A stretch of DNA of 64,000 nt, taken from assembly GCA_037447605.1 (NCBI GenBank), contig CM074815.1:620001-684000 (forward strand), read 5' to 3'. The notes under the pieces were generated by a model. That model saw only the letters and a program-made list of their open reading frames with translations. It searched no databases and was not told the DNA's origin. The translations under genes were made by a program, and so were the position numbers. Origin of the DNA: Zygnema circumcarinatum SAG 698-1b. Its lineage: Eukaryota; Plantae; Zygnematophyceae. Shown in pieces: positions 60,592 through 64,000 of the stretch (its first letter is position 1; each line of letters starts with the position of its first letter).

Positions 60592-63500
60592 TCAAGAAGG
60601 AACAATGTTGCCATCAACAGGGGTCTCGCTCTCTCGCGGAACTGGGCTTTGCGTTTCGACTGCTATTGGCCCAACTTCTGAAGGGCAGACGGCACTGAAG
60701 CTGCAAAACCTGCATTTCCATGCCTCCTCCACAGTCACAGTTTCCGCCCTCCGTTCTCCTCGCCAGAACTGCAGGGTCCATGTCAACTGCTCCATCGCCC
60801 AGTTCAGTTCGTGTTGGAACTTGTCCTCTCCGAGCAGAGAACCGTCCACTTGCCATTCGTATCTGTGAAGGTATAAAATGGTTGGGTTGGTTGGTTAGGG
60901 AACCTGTGTAAAGGACACTGTCTCCTTCACTCTCTCCCTCTTTTCTCTCCCTCTCTCGTCTCCCTCTCATTCTTCCCTTTGTCGTCTCCCTTGCCTAACT
61001 AATTAACCCTCATCTCTCGTCCCTCCCACTCTCCACTCTCACTCTTATTTAATGAGCGCAGGTTTTAGGGCGATTTTTTTGCAGTCCGATGCCACACCTG
61101 AGCAGCAGAAAATCATCAATCTGCTCCAAATTCGCAGCGGAGTCAAAAACGCATTGCAGAGCATCTGCAAGAGTCGAAATCTGTCCCATACAAAAGAAAA
61201 AAAAGAAAAAAAGAGAAAAACTACACAAAAAATTACGTGACGTCCTTCAACAGGGCACAAGAGAAAGCAGTGACTTTCAAAGCCATTTGATGACAAAAAA
61301 AATCAATTACTGTGACGTCACCAGAGCATTCTGGGACGTCAGCTAGTATGGAAGAACCTTGAAACGCAAACTCGGTTGGAAAAAACTTGAGAAAGAAAAT
61401 CACCTTCCGATTGATTCCGAGGCCTTTGATTTGCTGACAGAAAAGGTCCCCGAAAGGCTCATCATCCTTGAGATCAAAATATTTACAAAAGGGGCCAATG
61501 GGAAATCCGTCCACGATAAATCCATCCAGCAATACTTTGTACAGCATCAGCTGAAACCTGCAACCCGTCAATCACGTTAGGGAGGGGGNNNNNNNNNNGG
61601 GGATGGGGAGGGGGAGGGGGAGGGGGAGGGGGATGTGAGGGAGGGATGGGGAAGGGCGTTATGATAGAGTAGTCATTTTCCCGGTTATGCTACCAGCTCT
61701 CTCCTCTACGACACCTAGTGCAGTTCTTTCGTTCCTAGACATAAGGGTAAAAGTGGCTAGCCATAATGCTTACGGGGGAATTACAAGAAGGAAAAATTAA
61801 GATAACTTTTGACAGAGGTAATCTTTGACCCGGATTTCTTTCGACTTTAATAAAACAAAAAGAAACCGAAAAAAAATTGCTTTCATCTTTAAATAGGCGT
61901 GGTTCTACCTTGGGGCTTGCTCGATCAATTCGGTGAAGGTGAATTTCCAATTGTGAAATCTATAAGGGAGAATAAAGTTTCTAACGACTGTAAGAACAAG
62001 AAGTGATCAAAATGGCTAAGGGTTCTAGCCCTAGTTTTTACCTTGAGTTTCGTTTTTGAGCATTTGAGGGTGGAGTCGGCCTGGCCCGCGTCTTCGTGTC
62101 GACGAGCATTGTTTTTTTTTGAGCTCCATTTGTGGCAAGTCTTAATTCGTCGATAACGCCAACAACCCAAACTCCCTCGACCAATCCCACGCTGCCACGT
62201 CACCCCGCAATCGATAAGCCACCGAATCAACTTCTGGCACCTCCACAAGAAGTCAAATTTTTCCTTCAAATTGCTTTCTTCCCTCCCCCTTGAATCGCAT
62301 TGAGACTTACACAAAAAGCTCGCGTGTGACTCCTTCTTCTTGGAGCTGCTGAAGGCGAGTGCAGGCAGAGAGGAAGCGGAGGGCCCACGCCTCCTCCCGC
62401 GTGTGAACTTCCACTTCCACTTTCTCCACAACCTGCACATCAATCTCCTATTATGCACACAAATATCTTCTCATTTGCGACATTCTACAACAAGGAAGGA
62501 AAACGATGAGATTATCTCTGTTTTAAGGTTAAGCTGCCCACCTCGTCTTCCAGCTGAGCGTGCCGAGCAGTCCCGGCAGCCATGGCTTGAGTGGGTGGAG
62601 GAGCGCCGCGTGTCAGCTTGTACTCCACCTGCTTCTCGCACCACTCCTGGATACCTGCACACCTGAACTGCTTTAATTTCTTTCTTTACTTTCCCTTTCT
62701 GTTCTTGACTATTCTCTTGTCGTTTCCCCGTGTTTGGAAAGGCAAGGGCTGGTAGATATCTGGCTTGCGACGTATTGTAACTTTTGTGAAGCCCTAAGTT
62801 GTTCAGGGTTCATAACTCTACAATAATTTCAGCATTACGATTTCAGGTCGTCGTACAGTTTCGTTACCTCTAAATCTGTTCTGCCGCAAGAATGAATGAA
62901 ACCTTTTCAGCTTCCAGAAATTCAAATCTTTTAGCGTATTTGATGTTTTCAAGGCTAATAGTTGATGTCAACAATGTCAAAACGTGATGCGGAGCTTAGC
63001 TTCCATCGGCGACATACCGAGCCCGTGATGTCGGTCACTGCCAGTCCCCTTCTTCTGCGGAACCGAAGCAGAGGGGCGGCAGCTATGTCCCTATCCAACC
63101 CCTCTCCCACCCCCTCTCCCACTCCCTCTCGCTCAGGCCCCTCCCTCCTCCCCCCCCCTTCTGACTCTAATCCCACCCCCGTCCCTCCGTTCCCTCCATT
63201 ACTTCCGGAAGATTCCTCTCTTCCAGACCTCCATGACTGAACGCCATGACACACCTTCCCCCTTTCTAATCCGAACCCTAACCCTAACTCTAACCCTAAT
63301 CCTGACCCTAGCCCTATTTTTTCCACCTGCTTCGCGATGCCTGCGTGTTTCCTCAACCACACATGCGATTCTTCCTCTTTTCCAGATGCAACCCTGCCGA
63401 ATCTCATTTCGAGGTCCTCTATGTCTCCCGCCATGCCTGCCGGCCTTGCAGCTAGGGCTACCATGCTCGCGCTGCCGAGCATACGACTGCCACGTGTCGA

Positions 63501-63623
63501 CGCCCGAGCGCCTTTCAGAAGCATTCTTCTAGAAGCCTCCAGCAGCGCTTCCTCCACAGCAGCCATCTCCTCCTCCGAGACGAGCTCGAAGGGTACCTCC
63601 ACGGGGGCCATGGCCGGCGCCAT
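60592..63623 (-). CDS. EXO5: Exonuclease V (EXO5/Dem1 family, Fe-S cluster 5'-3' ssDNA exonuclease)
   Basis: MAPVEVPFELVSEEEMAAVEEAL, then PLLRFRRRRGLAVTDITGS, QEWCEKQVEYKL..AMAAGTARHAQLEDE, GCRFQLMLYKVL, and C-terminal LQFWRGERRA..EEAWKCRFCSFSAVC. The Fe-S cysteine pattern is complete. Confidence 0.92.
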
Positions 63624-64000
63624 GGCTGGCCCAGTAGCGCCGCGCCCTGCTTCCGAGAAACCCTAACAAACCCCGAGCGCAGGGAACGGCAGTTGCAGTT
63701 GAAATGGTTTATTCTGCCCTCCCAGCGAATCAATCGTCCGTGATTGGGCGAGCGACGGCCGGGCACCTGAAAATCTTTCTGATCCTCCGTCGCCGCGATT
63801 CCGATCAGGTGGAGCCCCGGTACGGCGTCACGTCGCGCGTACCGTACGGCAGCATTCCCCCGCCGCGGTGGCGCCACCTGTCCATCCTTACAGTCTTATC
63901 CACAGGGGAGATGAGGTAGGCGCATAGCCCGACATTTTGGGCCACACCTTTCTCTTGCGGGCAGCTCGCTGCCAAACTTAAGCTGCCCGGCCGGCGCTCG

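Noticed and set aside
63704-64000. Short ORFs at the window end as a divergent gene
   Set aside because: No recognisable domain or confident splice structure within the window; it is probably EXO5 promoter or 5' sequence.

Overview
Eukaryotic, intron-rich, gene-dense nuclear DNA from the green lineage. The plant-type gene families plus compact spacing suggest a streptophyte, probably a charophyte alga; this is inference. The assembly is scaffolded (eight 10-N gaps) and full of GA/CT tracts that create most of the long ORFs in the supplied track, which are spurious. By splicing exons by eye I recover 12 protein-coding genes: a UND/U-box/ARM E3 ligase, a multi-SMP LEA protein, a CPBP (CAAX-protease-like) membrane protein, a PAM71/GDT1 transporter, an RH17-type DEAD-box helicase, a DGK1-type diacylglycerol kinase, a GH17-X8-GPI glucanase, a CCDC137-like protein, a 4R-MYB/SNAPC4, mitochondrial bL32m, two small secreted Cys-rich peptide precursors and exonuclease V. 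There is also an inverted pair of identical tRNA-Trp(CCA) genes. The best candidate for an undescribed system is the tandem pair of two-exon peptide genes at 55339-56192 and 58017-58585, which the ORF track shows only in part. Each encodes a signal peptide, an ATWQ(Q)LRG pro-region ending in GRALL, and a very basic C-C-CC-x7-C-x6-C domain, with the intron in the same position and phase. Secondary signals are GTAC-dense intergenic islands, (YTGAC)n arrays against 3' splice sites, G-box, CCAAT and GATC minisatellites, and TTTTTAGGG telomere-like triplets. No database searches were run, so novelty statements are unverified.
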